Assembly: GCA_031385045.1 (NCBI GenBank)
Contig: JANNBC010000010.1
Location: forward strand, 1 to 64,000
Origin: a bacterium
GTDB lineage: Bacteria; Bdellovibrionota_C; UBA2361; CALJRW01
Direction of reading: 5' to 3'
Length of the DNA stretch: 64,000 bases
The translations under genes and the position numbers were made by a program. Of this stretch, positions 19,854-29,674 are shown one piece after another (the first letter of the stretch is position 1; every line of letters starts with the position of its first letter). The notes beneath the pieces are model-generated. The model searched no databases and was not told where the DNA came from. It saw only the letters and a list, made by a program, of their open reading frames with translations.

Positions 19854-20705
19854 ATGAAGGATTTCTATTATCAATTTCCAAGTCCTGTTATTTTTCGAGT
19901 CGCCGGAAAAGATAGTGAACGTTATTTACAAGCACGCCTAACAAACGACATTAAAAGACTTTCTGAAAAACAATCTTTAATAGCAGCTTGTTTAACTCCA
20001 CAGGGTAAGACTAAAGCATTATTTCGAGTTTACCGTGAAGCGGCTCAAGACTTTATCTTATTATCATTATCGGGAGATGCGGCACAAATTCGTCAAGACT
20101 TAGGATGTTTTATCGTTGCCGATCGCGTCGAGATTCAAGATGTCTCTAGAGAATTTCATTTATTTGCTTTCAGTCAAAGCGCTGTTCTTGATTTAGCACC
20201 CGAAGACATTGTCCTTTCTGATCCATATCTGAAATTAACTCTTGTTATTACTAGCTTAACAAATGCCTGGGATGTTTCTTCTTATCAAAAGTTTTCAGAG
20301 GAAGATTTTCAGCTTTATAGATTGCAAAATTCACTACCTGAATTCCCAATTGAAATTCCAGTTGATAGTTTATTTCCAGAGTCGGGAATTCGCTTAGCAA
20401 TTTCTAATACAAAAGGTTGCTATGCTGGGCAAGAGGTTGTGGAGCGAGTTGTTGCTCTTGGAAAACTACCTGCTAAAATTCTTACTTTTAAAACAATTGA
20501 GGCTACTGAGCGAGTCGATTTTCTTGATCTTCAATTGCAAGATGAGCAAGGTGGTAAAGTCGGGGATGTTTTATCGATTTGTTATGATCCAGAAGTGCCT
20601 TGCAATTATTTATTTGCACGGGTTCCCACTAAATTTCAAGGGAAAACATTTAACTTACAGGCTAAGACTAAAAAGTTTTCTTTGTCCGAAGTAGTGGCAA
20701 AATAA
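19854..20705 (+). CDS. ygfZ: Folate-binding Fe-S repair protein YgfZ/GcvT family
   Basis: GKDSERYLQ...TND, KGCYAGQE; ATG at 19854 preferred. Confidence 0.9.
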   Translation: MKDFYYQFPSPVIFRVAGKDSERYLQARLTNDIKRLSEKQSLIAACLTPQGKTKALFRVYREAAQDFILLSLSGDAAQIRQDLGCFIVADRVEIQDVSREFHLFAFSQSAVLDLAPEDIVLSDPYLKLTLVITSLTNAWDVSSYQKFSEEDFQLYRLQNSLPEFPIEIPVDSLFPESGIRLAISNTKGCYAGQEVVERVVALGKLPAKILTFKTIEATERVDFLDLQLQDEQGGKVGDVLSICYDPEVPCNYLFARVPTKFQGKTFNLQAKTKKFSLSEVVAK

Positions 20706-22569
20706 GTTTTAAAAGAATTAGAATTACAAGCCAATTAAAGCCTGCACAATAAATCTGAAACCAAGACAAATCTAAATGAAAGAAGCCGACAACATATTCT
20801 GTTTGAATTGTTAAGTTTCGATAGTCATTATTAACTAACAAAAAAACTAGAAGCTCTAAGCTATAAATTAAAACAAATAGGCAGGGAATTAGGTAGATGC
20901 TTCTAAACTGTTGATAGACTTGTCGGAAGGTATCTCGAATTAAGAAAGAAAAGGCTAGGAAGTAAAGTGAGCAGCAAAAATAATCCCTTACTATTTTAGT
21001 GCTTAGGTTAATGGAGAGTGGTCGGAAGGTTGGTATTTTATTAACAGCAACTAGGTCATAATAAGAAGCAACTGGAAGTAAGAGGCTAGATTCTAACAAG
21101 CTAATAATTGCCTTTGGATTAGCAAGTTTAATTGCACTTAGTAAGTAGGATAATGCGGCACCCTTGTCTGTTGTTGTTAGTAAATTAAGTTGCCAAGTAT
21201 AAAAAGTTGTAACTAAGATAATTAGACTAAAACATATTATTGTTAATTTCAGTAGTTTTTTTATAGCTTCGCCAATTGTATTAAACAATGAATCTATAAC
21301 TAAGATTGGCCACGAGGCAAAGATAGCCACCAAGAGACTATTAAAGAGTAGGCGAAGGGAGCTAATAGCGGCACTATTGCTATATTCTGGAAAGAATTCA
21401 TTTAGCTTGGAGGTCATTGGCAGAGCAAACTTTGCTAATAATATGGAAATTATCAGTACAACAAAGAATTGAATCCAATGTGATTCCTCTTTGGATTTTT
21501 TTGCTGAAAATTTATTAAGAAAGTTTTTAATCTTTCCTTTAATAGTTCGCTCTTCTAGATTTTTAGTTCCAAAATTAGGATTAGCAGGAGCTTTATCTTT
21601 ATTTATTACGATATTAGAGTTTGGATCCCAAATGCTGGAGAACTCATCTGGGCGGTCTAGGCCAGTGCTAACATAGCCTGATGGTTCGGGAAATATTTCA
21701 GCAATATTAATATTTGTTTTAGTTGCGGCTCTTTTTCTAACTCCCTCAGATTCTAGGCTGGCAATTATCTGTGCTAGCTCAGGGCGTAACTCAGGATTGC
21801 TTGATAACATATCGAGGATTAGATTATTTAACCAAGCTGGAATTTCAGAATTAAGATCTTGAGCATTGGGAGTATTGCCTGCTAAGTGCTTAAACATGAT
21901 TTGGGCAGAGGTATTGCCATCAAAGGGTAGCTGCCCTGTAAAGATTTGAAAAGCAATAATGCCTAGAGAGTAGATGTCAGTTTTATAGGAAATGTTATCG
22001 CCTCGCCAAGCCTCTGGGGACATGAAATGACTACTGCCAATTACTTCATTGTGATTCGTCAACTCTGAGTTGTCAGGTCGGGCGATACCAAAATCAGCAA
22101 TTTTTATCTGACCGTTATGTTGTAACATAATATTGGCTGGTTTTAGATCGCGATGGATAATCTCTGCTTGATGAATAGCCTCTAGTCCTTGAGCAATTTG
22201 TTTTAGGTAGTTAACTCCCTCTGCTATCGAGGTTGGTGTATCCTGGATAATGTCTTTTAGGCTTAGCCCCTCAACATATTCCATTACAAAGTAAAGTTGA
22301 TTATCTAGTAGGCTAGCATCAAAAGTTTTTACAACATTGTTATGACTAACTTTTCTAGTTAGTAAAACTTCGCGTAAGAAGCGATCGACTTGTTTTTGAT
22401 CAGAAGAGAGATCTTGATGCAAGAATTTAAGGGCAATCTGACTGTTATTTAAAAGCAGATCCTCGGCCAGAAAGACCTCACCCATTCCACCAATCCCTAA
22501 GCATTTAATAATCTTAAAGCGATTAGCAAAGTTTTGTCCAATTTGAATGTTAGTGTTGGTTGTCGACAT
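20668..22569 (-). CDS. Hanks-type Ser/Thr kinase with multi-TM C-terminal region
   Basis: GIGGMGEV, ALK, HRDLKPAN, DFG, SPE. Confidence 0.93.
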   Translation of the reverse strand: MSTTNTNIQIGQNFANRFKIIKCLGIGGMGEVFLAEDLLLNNSQIALKFLHQDLSSDQKQVDRFLREVLLTRKVSHNNVVKTFDASLLDNQLYFVMEYVEGLSLKDIIQDTPTSIAEGVNYLKQIAQGLEAIHQAEIIHRDLKPANIMLQHNGQIKIADFGIARPDNSELTNHNEVIGSSHFMSPEAWRGDNISYKTDIYSLGIIAFQIFTGQLPFDGNTSAQIMFKHLAGNTPNAQDLNSEIPAWLNNLILDMLSSNPELRPELAQIIASLESEGVRKRAATKTNINIAEIFPEPSGYVSTGLDRPDEFSSIWDPNSNIVINKDKAPANPNFGTKNLEERTIKGKIKNFLNKFSAKKSKEESHWIQFFVVLIISILLAKFALPMTSKLNEFFPEYSNSAAISSLRLLFNSLLVAIFASWPILVIDSLFNTIGEAIKKLLKLTIICFSLIILVTTFYTWQLNLLTTTDKGAALSYLLSAIKLANPKAIISLLESSLLLPVASYYDLVAVNKIPTFRPLSINLSTKIVRDYFCCSLYFLAFSFLIRDTFRQVYQQFRSIYLIPCLFVLIYSLELLVFLLVNNDYRNLTIQTEYVVGFFHLDLSWFQIYCAGFNWLVILILLKLILPLLRTKKTF

Positions 22570-22630
22570 AGTTTTAGTGTATCATTCTAAGAATTGAGTG
22601 CCATTATAACAATACTATAAATTTATCATC

Positions 22631-23041
22631 ATGAACTTAAACAAAGCTAAATTATTAAAGTTTATTTTTTTAGTATTAGCTTTATTACCTATTTTATTAC
22701 TGGCTGAAGCTACACCGGAAGCTAAGCAACAAGCTCATGAAATTTATCAAGAGTTTTTAAGTCCATTTTGTCCTGGAAGAGCATTATCTGACTGCCCAAG
22801 CTCTAAGGCGGATCTGTTAAAAAATCGCATTCTTAATGAGTTATCTGAGGGGCAAACTAAGGAGGCCGTGCTTCATAATCTAGAGACTGAATTTGGAGCA
22901 GAATATAACGCTAAGCCAAAACTCACAGGATTTGCTGGGCTAGCTTGGATGATTCCGCTTGGTTTTATTTTGATACTATTAATATTGGGAATTTTTTGGA
23001 TTAAGCGGGCTTCAAGTCTTGCCGACCAAGAGGCGGACTAA
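22631..23041 (+). CDS. ccmH: Cytochrome c biogenesis CcmH/NrfF-like protein
   Basis: SPFCPGRALSDCPS, FG..Y...P, C-terminal LAWMIP TM. Confidence 0.75.
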   Translation: MNLNKAKLLKFIFLVLALLPILLLAEATPEAKQQAHEIYQEFLSPFCPGRALSDCPSSKADLLKNRILNELSEGQTKEAVLHNLETEFGAEYNAKPKLTGFAGLAWMIPLGFILILLILGIFWIKRASSLADQEAD

Positions 23042-23607
23042 GGGCAATTCTCACAGCTAACTTTCACTGACTTTTTATCTGCTGTACTTTTGCCATCAAT
23101 AAAATAAATAGCTGGTAAGAGATATTCTGCTAAGGCAAAAGGAGCAATTTCTGCAGGGCCAGTTAGGCTAGCTTTATGACTAGCATCGACTTGATAATCA
23201 ACTTTAACTTTCTTAGCTTTCACTCCTGATTTATTTCTAATATAAATTGGGAAATCACCTTCCTTAGATACTTCTCCAATATTTTCTAAATTAATCTTAG
23301 CTTCCTTGCAGTTAAATAGAAATCTTTCCATGGAGTTTTTTTCGCCATCTTTACAGATGACAGATCCATCTTCATCTTCACCAACCATGCAATCAATTCC
23401 GCCATGACTAAAACAAGTTTGCAGAGAGTCTGGTGATGGTGGAGGGACTTCGCCTTTTGTAAGTTCTGGTAGTTCCGCTACCTTGGCCGTAGGATCAGCT
23501 TTTTTTGTACTGTAATGAACGTTGCCAGTTTCATCAGTCCATTTATAGACCTGAGCGCTAGCAGTATAGGGCAAGAGTAGTAAAAGTGTTAACAGTAGTT
23601 TTTTCAT
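23038..23607 (-). CDS. DUF4124-domain exported protein
   Basis: Signal peptide then QVYKWTDETGNVHYS. Confidence 0.8.
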   Translation of the reverse strand: MKKLLLTLLLLLPYTASAQVYKWTDETGNVHYSTKKADPTAKVAELPELTKGEVPPPSPDSLQTCFSHGGIDCMVGEDEDGSVICKDGEKNSMERFLFNCKEAKINLENIGEVSKEGDFPIYIRNKSGVKAKKVKVDYQVDASHKASLTGPAEIAPFALAEYLLPAIYFIDGKSTADKKSVKVSCENCP

Positions 23608-24476
23608 CTAATTACTAAATACTCCATTAGGTTAATGTTAGTAAAGATTGAAAGTACTATGCCCATAGCTAAGTAGGGGCCAAAGGGTAAGGGGTACTGA
23701 GAGCCTTTTTTTGTTAATAAGATTAAGCCTATACCAAGAATCGAGCCGGCAAAGGAACCTAAAAAGATTGATTGAATGCAGTGGTTTGGACCAAAGAAGA
23801 GCCCAGCCATCGCCATTAATTTTACATCTCCAAATCCCAAGCCAACTTTCTTTCTGATTCTAAAGTAAAGTTCAGAAACCAGCATTAAGAATCCGCCACC
23901 AACCAGTAATCCAAATAAGCTTTCTGTTAGGTCGGCAGCAAGTGGTGCTTGAAAGAGGTGGAAATACTGGTTCACTCCAGCAAGCACTAGACCAATAATC
24001 ATTCCTGGATAGCTTATTACGTTGGGAATGATGTAGTAATCAATATCAATAAAGCTAATAACAATTAGGCTACAGCAAAAAATATAAACTACTAGTGCTG
24101 TCCAGGAGCTAAACTGGTAATAGCAGATCATGGCAAATGCTAGGCTTAGTAGTTCTACTGCTGGATATTGAAAAGAAATCGGCGCTTTGCAACTATAGCA
24201 TTTACCACGCAGTGCAAACCAACTAAGAACTGGAATATTCTGCCACCAAGCAATTAAATTTTTACAATTAGGACAGAAGGAGCGAGTAGGTTTGAAGATG
24301 CTGATTTTATCAGTGGACTTTGCTAGCTCTTTTTCTAATTCAACTTCATCGGCCTCTAGGCTCTCCAGGCCTTTTGGTCGTCCATAGGGTATGCGATAAA
24401 TACAAGCAGTTAAAAAGCTACCAACTAAAAGTGAGTAGAGTCCGACAGTGATTGGGTTAATAAAATTTTCAAACAT
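23604..24476 (-). CDS. pilD: Prepilin peptidase / N-methyltransferase
   Basis: RSFCPNC, NIPVLSW..LRGKC..C, FIDID, GFGDVKL, PFGPYL. Confidence 0.95.
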   Translation of the reverse strand: MFENFINPITVGLYSLLVGSFLTACIYRIPYGRPKGLESLEADEVELEKELAKSTDKISIFKPTRSFCPNCKNLIAWWQNIPVLSWFALRGKCYSCKAPISFQYPAVELLSLAFAMICYYQFSSWTALVVYIFCCSLIVISFIDIDYYIIPNVISYPGMIIGLVLAGVNQYFHLFQAPLAADLTESLFGLLVGGGFLMLVSELYFRIRKKVGLGFGDVKLMAMAGLFFGPNHCIQSIFLGSFAGSILGIGLILLTKKGSQYPLPFGPYLAMGIVLSIFTNINLMEYLVIR

Positions 24477-24532
24477 GCCCTGATGCTAGCTAATCTTAGG
24501 AGATTTGCAAAGTTAGGAAAATTAGTTGGGAG

Positions 24533-24567
24533 TTCCCTGATCGAGCTTTTAGAGTTCGATCAGGGGA
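24533..24567 (-). terminator. Hairpin after mlaC, probable intrinsic terminator
   Basis: ttccctgatcgagc-N7-gttcgatcagggga. Confidence 0.6.
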
Positions 24568-24576
24568 GTTTTTAAT

Positions 24577-25161
24577 TTACTTTAGAGTCGCTGTTTTTGT
24601 CAGTAGTTTTTGAGTTAAGGTAGCTAGGTCTTGAGTGCGTAAAATGCTAGCAAACTCGTTACGATAGTTGGCAACTAAACCAACATTCTCAATTACAACA
24701 TCATAGACTAACCAAGCACCGTTCTCTAAGTGCATCTTGTAGTCAATTGGAAATTGACTGTCCTTCAGCTTAACTTTTGTTTTAACTAAGGCTTTATCCT
24801 CGCGAACCTGCTCCGAATCAACTGATACCATTTCTTCTGAAACATTTTCGATCCGGTTTAAGTAGGTCTTAGCTAGGAAGTCAGCAAAGGCAGTAACAAA
24901 ATTATTTTGGTCTTCTACAGAGTATTTAGACCAAGTGGATCCTAGAGATCTTTTTGCCATTTCCTCAAAGTCAAAAACTTCACCAACTATTTTTAGAACG
25001 GCATCTTTACGAGCATCAACCGAAGGAAAGCTTGTGCTTTCAAAGGTAGTGACGACCTTGCTGATTGTATTTTTCACGGTAACCTGTGGGGATGTTGTCT
25101 CCGCCATGGCTAAGCCTGTAAACAGTAGGGATATAAAAATGAAAATTGATTTGAGTTTCAT
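24577..25161 (-). CDS. mlaC: Phospholipid-binding protein MlaC
   Basis: FDFEEMAKRSLG, WLVYDVVIENVGLVANYRNEF. Confidence 0.92.
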   Translation of the reverse strand: MKLKSIFIFISLLFTGLAMAETTSPQVTVKNTISKVVTTFESTSFPSVDARKDAVLKIVGEVFDFEEMAKRSLGSTWSKYSVEDQNNFVTAFADFLAKTYLNRIENVSEEMVSVDSEQVREDKALVKTKVKLKDSQFPIDYKMHLENGAWLVYDVVIENVGLVANYRNEFASILRTQDLATLTQKLLTKTATLK

Positions 25162-25180
25162 ATAATTTAAAAAATAAAGT

Positions 25181-25729
25181 TTACTCTAGCAGGCTTTCTG
25201 TTTTAGCTTTTTCGTCCGCAGGTTTATCTTCTGACCCAAAATTATGGACGAACTTACCAATAATATCTTCAAGATCGACAACTGACTCTGTCTCATAGAT
25301 TGTATCTCCCGCTTTTAGGTATGACTCAGATGCTCCTCTGGAGAACTTCACGTAACGATCTCCGATAATTCCTTTAGTTCGAATCATTGCAATGTCATCA
25401 TCTTGAATCTGCACATCATTCGTAAGTTTCAAAGTGATTATAGCCTGTGCTTTGGATTCCGCTAGGTTAATTTCAGTGACTTCTCCGATTTTAACTCCCG
25501 AAATTTCTACAGAAGCTCCTTTCTTAAGGCCGGAGACATCATTAAATTCAGCTTTTAAGTAATAATTATTAGCAGAATTTAAATCTAGTCCTCCAAGATT
25601 GACGCAGAGATACCCCGCAGCAAGTAGTGCTACTAGACTGAAAAGTCCAACAATCACCTCGAGAGTGAATTTGCGTTGTGGTTGGTAGGTGATTTGTTCA
25701 CTACCACTATTGGATTTTGATTGGGCCAT
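25181..25729 (-). CDS. mlaD: MCE-domain protein MlaD
   Basis: EVIVGLF, FNDVSGLKKGASVEISGVKIGEV, TKGIIGDRY. Confidence 0.93.
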   Translation of the reverse strand: MAQSKSNSGSEQITYQPQRKFTLEVIVGLFSLVALLAAGYLCVNLGGLDLNSANNYYLKAEFNDVSGLKKGASVEISGVKIGEVTEINLAESKAQAIITLKLTNDVQIQDDDIAMIRTKGIIGDRYVKFSRGASESYLKAGDTIYETESVVDLEDIIGKFVHNFGSEDKPADEKAKTESLLE

Positions 25730-26456
25730 CTATTTTTCCTTGTATAAATTGTTGAACTGCCGGATTGGTTGAAGCTATTAATTCTTCAGGAGTACCGACT
25801 TGTTCAATTTGTCCGTTTAGTAACATTGCGACTCGATCACTTACTTGAAAGACTTCAGGGATTTCATGACTAATTACCATGCCAGCGAACTTCCAGTTCT
25901 TTTGACACTCAGTAATTAAATCATAAACCTCTTTGCCATCTATTGGATCAAGTCCAGTGTTAGGTTCGTCAAATAAAAAAATCTTAGGCTCGCAAATTAA
26001 AGCACGAGCAATTCCTACTCTTTTTCTAATTCCAATAGATAGCTCTTGCGGAAGAGATTTGAGGTATCTTTGGAGGCTTAAGGCTTTAATTACATCCATG
26101 GCTCTTTCTTGAATCTCTGCCAGTGCATATCCTGTTCTTTCTACTAAAGGAAATGTGATGTTCTGATAAACATTTAAAGAGTCAAATAAAGCAGCTGACT
26201 GAAAGAGGATCCCCATTTTTGAGCGGATCACATTTTTTTCTTCTTCACTTTGAGCCACGGAGATATTATCACCATCAATTAGGATCGTTCCCTGATCAAC
26301 AGTAAATATTCCCATGATTAATTTTAGCAAGACAGATTTACCAACACCACTAGGACCAACGACGGCCAGGGTTTCATTCTGCTTGATCTCTAAGGATACG
26401 TTTCTAAGAACGTGTTGAGCACCAAAACTTTTAGAAACGTTCTGAATACTGATCAT
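25707..26456 (-). CDS. mlaF: ABC ATPase MlaF
   Basis: GPSGVGKS, FQSAALFDSL, DEPNTGLDP; operon context. Confidence 0.92.
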   Translation of the reverse strand: MISIQNVSKSFGAQHVLRNVSLEIKQNETLAVVGPSGVGKSVLLKLIMGIFTVDQGTILIDGDNISVAQSEEEKNVIRSKMGILFQSAALFDSLNVYQNITFPLVERTGYALAEIQERAMDVIKALSLQRYLKSLPQELSIGIRKRVGIARALICEPKIFLFDEPNTGLDPIDGKEVYDLITECQKNWKFAGMVISHEIPEVFQVSDRVAMLLNGQIEQVGTPEELIASTNPAVQQFIQGKIDGPIKIQ

Positions 26457-27223
26457 TAGATTTGTGTTAGAAAGGTAGTAATAAAATAGTCAATTACTAG
26501 GACCGCAACGGAGGCTGTCACTACAGATTGTGTCGTTGCTTTATTAACTCCAACAGCCCCAAAGCCCGAAGTAAATCCTTTATAGCAAGCAACCCAGGCA
26601 AAGATAAACCCAAAAAAGAATGATTTAATAAATCCGGAATAGACATCGAAGCTTGTTACGGCATCAGTCATGACATTAATATATGTACCAGAAGCCAGTC
26701 CTAGGAGTCCAACAGAGACGATGTATCCACCAAAAATTCCAACAACGATAAACATTCCAGTTAGCATCGGAACGGCAACGAGGCCAGCAAGCAGTCTTGG
26801 AACCATTAGATAGCGAATCGGATCAACTGCCATGGAGCGTAAAGCGTCAACCTGTTCGGTAATTTTCATGATGCCGATTTCAGCAGTAATCGCTGATCCA
26901 GCGCGACCAATAATCATTAGTGCAGTAAGTACTGGTCCTAATTCTCGAATTAAGCTCAGTGCTACGGCGGATCCGGTGTAGGCAGTAGCGCCAAATTGCG
27001 AGAGTGTATATTCTGCTTGAACTGCAAGTACAGCCCCAGTGAATAAGCCAATCAGGGCGATTACGAGCGTGGAGTTCACGCCAATTTGATACATTTGGGT
27101 AATGAAGAGATTGAAGCGAAAAGGAATCTTAAAGCAGGCAACAATTGTTTGAGAGATAAATATTACTGCTCGACCCCAAGCTTCTAAGTTATCCAGAATC
27201 CATTTACCAGTCTTTGCAATCAT
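26456..27223 (-). CDS. mlaE: ABC permease MlaE
   Basis: RELGPVLTAL..GRAGSAITAEIG.MKITEQVDAL. Confidence 0.95.
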   Translation of the reverse strand: MIAKTGKWILDNLEAWGRAVIFISQTIVACFKIPFRFNLFITQMYQIGVNSTLVIALIGLFTGAVLAVQAEYTLSQFGATAYTGSAVALSLIRELGPVLTALMIIGRAGSAITAEIGIMKITEQVDALRSMAVDPIRYLMVPRLLAGLVAVPMLTGMFIVVGIFGGYIVSVGLLGLASGTYINVMTDAVTSFDVYSGFIKSFFFGFIFAWVACYKGFTSGFGAVGVNKATTQSVVTASVAVLVIDYFITTFLTQI

Positions 27224-27856
27224 TTAGTTAATATCTTTAAATCCAAATCCAACTAGATAGAATTCGTTGGAAGTCTTTCTGGTAGATTTTAATTGAACAC
27301 GAACGAGCTTTTGAAAATACTTGCGATTTTCATTGATTAGCTGATCGGTGTCAGCACTTTTAAATACCTTAATTATTAGATTAGCACCAGTTTTAAGTAG
27401 TTTTTTAGCAATATAAATTGCTAGCTCTCCTACCGCTGCGGCGCGAGCATAGTCACTCTCTTTAATTCCATTAAATTTAGGAGACATGTCAGAGAGTACC
27501 AAGTCATACTTACCATGATTTAAATCATAGGCTTTCTGAATGATCGCCTCGTCTGTTAGATCTCCCTGAAGTAGCGCAATATTTGTGTGAGGGAATGGAT
27601 CGATTTCGGCAATATCAACGCCTACTAGAAATCCTCTATTGCCAATGCTTTCGTGGGTGTATTCCATCCAACCTCCAGGCCAAGCGCCAAGATCGATTAC
27701 CTTCATTCCATGACCAATAATTTGGTATTTTTCATCAATCTCTTTCAGCTTGAAGTAGGCTCGAGATCGCACTCCAATAGCTTTAGCTTCTAAGTAGTGA
27801 TGGTCTTTGCGATCGTATTTTGAGGACAATTGGGGCTCCAAGGTAATTATGTGCAC
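27224..27856 (-). CDS. rlmE: 23S rRNA Um2552 methyltransferase
   Basis: RSRAYFKL.EID, DLGAWPGGW, LSDMSP, STRKTSNEFY. Confidence 0.93.
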   Translation of the reverse strand: MHIITLEPQLSSKYDRKDHHYLEAKAIGVRSRAYFKLKEIDEKYQIIGHGMKVIDLGAWPGGWMEYTHESIGNRGFLVGVDIAEIDPFPHTNIALLQGDLTDEAIIQKAYDLNHGKYDLVLSDMSPKFNGIKESDYARAAAVGELAIYIAKKLLKTGANLIIKVFKSADTDQLINENRKYFQKLVRVQLKSTRKTSNEFYLVGFGFKDIN

Positions 27857-28197
27857 GAGTTAAGGATAATGCTGATTTCAGGGGGAAAAATCAAATTTAA
27901 CAGTTCTTTTTTGGGCCTGTCAGGATAGTAGATAATGCTCGCTAACACTGATTGATTCTTCAAGTGCTTAGGATTGCTTAAAATAGCTGAAATCAACCCT
28001 TAGATCGGATTTCATCTCTCATAACTTCTGGAGACTAGATTAACTTTGATCAATAATACAACGATAAGCATTTGAACAAATTGAATTAATCTAGTAGAAA
28101 TATGCAGAACCTATGAGGGTTTTCCGAGCGCCTTAAAAAAAGGGAGTCGCTTATTCAGCGCTTGCTATGTTCGGTTAAATATTGCATTCGATAATTT

Positions 28198-29028
28198 ATG
28201 TCCAAAGATTTATTTCAGCTCGTAGAGGATTCTAATCATACTTACGAAGCTATCCCTAAATGGTTAAAAAACCGTACAGAACCAGATTTTAAGTATTCTG
28301 AATATGGCACTGGTGAGACTAATCTCTTATTACTGCATGGTTTGTTTGGCGCTATGACCAATTGGAGTGGAGCAATACCATATTTTGAGAAGTATTCTAA
28401 GGCGATAGCATTTCATTTTCCTTTACTTACGGGCAATCGAACTGAAGTTAAGATTAAGCCTTTGGCTGCTTACACGCAGTATTTCATTTTAAAGAAGCAG
28501 CTTAAATCTCCGTTAGTCCTTTGTGGCAACTCTCTTGGTGGACACGTGGCCCTGCGTTTAGCATTAGCTGCGCCACATTTGGTAGATGCCTTAGTCTTGG
28601 CTGGATCTTCTGGTCTCTATGAGCATACTGTTGATACTTTACCAGTTAGGCCATCAAAGGAATTTATTCGTTCGCAGATGGAGCGCGTATTTTACGATCC
28701 TAATTTTATTACCAACGATGCCCTAAGTGAAGTCCATGGAATTACTAGCAGCAAAATCCATCAGCTAAATATTATTCATGCGGCGCGAAGCGCTAAGAAA
28801 GATTTCTTATTAGATCATTTAAAGAAGATTAATATTCCTGTTTTACTAGTTTGGGGTGAACAGGATTTGGTTACAACAATGAGTGTTGCGGAAACCTTCC
28901 ATAAGAATCTGCCAAATTCTAAACTGGTTACCTTTGAAAAATGTGGACATGCTCCAATGATTGAGCATCCTGAGAAATTCTCAGAAGTTGTTAAGGATTT
29001 TTTAAAAGAACGAAATTTACTTAAATAG
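28198..29028 (+). CDS. Alpha/beta hydrolase
   Basis: LLHGLFG, GNSLGG, WGEQD, CGHAPMIE. Confidence 0.92.
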   Translation: MSKDLFQLVEDSNHTYEAIPKWLKNRTEPDFKYSEYGTGETNLLLLHGLFGAMTNWSGAIPYFEKYSKAIAFHFPLLTGNRTEVKIKPLAAYTQYFILKKQLKSPLVLCGNSLGGHVALRLALAAPHLVDALVLAGSSGLYEHTVDTLPVRPSKEFIRSQMERVFYDPNFITNDALSEVHGITSSKIHQLNIIHAARSAKKDFLLDHLKKINIPVLLVWGEQDLVTTMSVAETFHKNLPNSKLVTFEKCGHAPMIEHPEKFSEVVKDFLKERNLLK

Positions 29029-29034
29029 CCTGCA

Positions 29035-29580
29035 ATGGAAAGAACAAATACTAGTGAGAAGCTTCAGATCGGGCATTTTTTACCAACATTTTCTTTAGTG
29101 GCAACTGATGGCCTGACGTATACTCAGGATTATTTTAAAGGTGCTAAGGCTGGACTCGTAATCTTTACTTGCAACCACTGTCCTTATGTTAAAGGCAGTG
29201 AAGTGGCGATGAATCAAGCGATTGGTCGATTCTTAGATCAAGGCTTAATGGTTGTAGCTATTAATGCCAATGACGCGCAGCAATACCCAGAAGATAGTTT
29301 TGAAAAAATGAAAGAAAAAACTTGGCCTTATCCATATCTATACGATCAGGATCAAACAGTTGCTAAGTCCTTTGATGCTGCCTGTACTCCTGAGTGTTAC
29401 TTATTTAACGCCAGTGGTCAGTTAGCTTTTCATGGAACTATCAACAATAGTCCTAGAAATCCAGATCAGGTTACCCAGAATTTTTTAATGACAGCTATTG
29501 AGCAAGTGTTAAAGAGTGGAGTTGCTACTCCGGATTTCGCACATCCGATAGGTTGCTCTATTAAATGGAAAACTGCTTAA
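29035..29580 (+). CDS. Thioredoxin/AhpC-TSA family protein
   Basis: FTCNHCPYV, AACTPE, IGCSIKWK. Confidence 0.92.
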   Translation: MERTNTSEKLQIGHFLPTFSLVATDGLTYTQDYFKGAKAGLVIFTCNHCPYVKGSEVAMNQAIGRFLDQGLMVVAINANDAQQYPEDSFEKMKEKTWPYPYLYDQDQTVAKSFDAACTPECYLFNASGQLAFHGTINNSPRNPDQVTQNFLMTAIEQVLKSGVATPDFAHPIGCSIKWKTA

Positions 29581-29674
29581 GATCTTGGGTGCTAGAGCGA
29601 TTGTCGACCCCTTCCACTGCTTAGTCTTAACTAAATCCAGTGGTTCCGGAATTTGTAAAATTAAAAATAGTAAA

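Noticed and set aside
28100..28190. Possible structured leader or riboswitch before the alpha/beta hydrolase
   Set aside because: Only short pairings; no recognisable aptamer consensus
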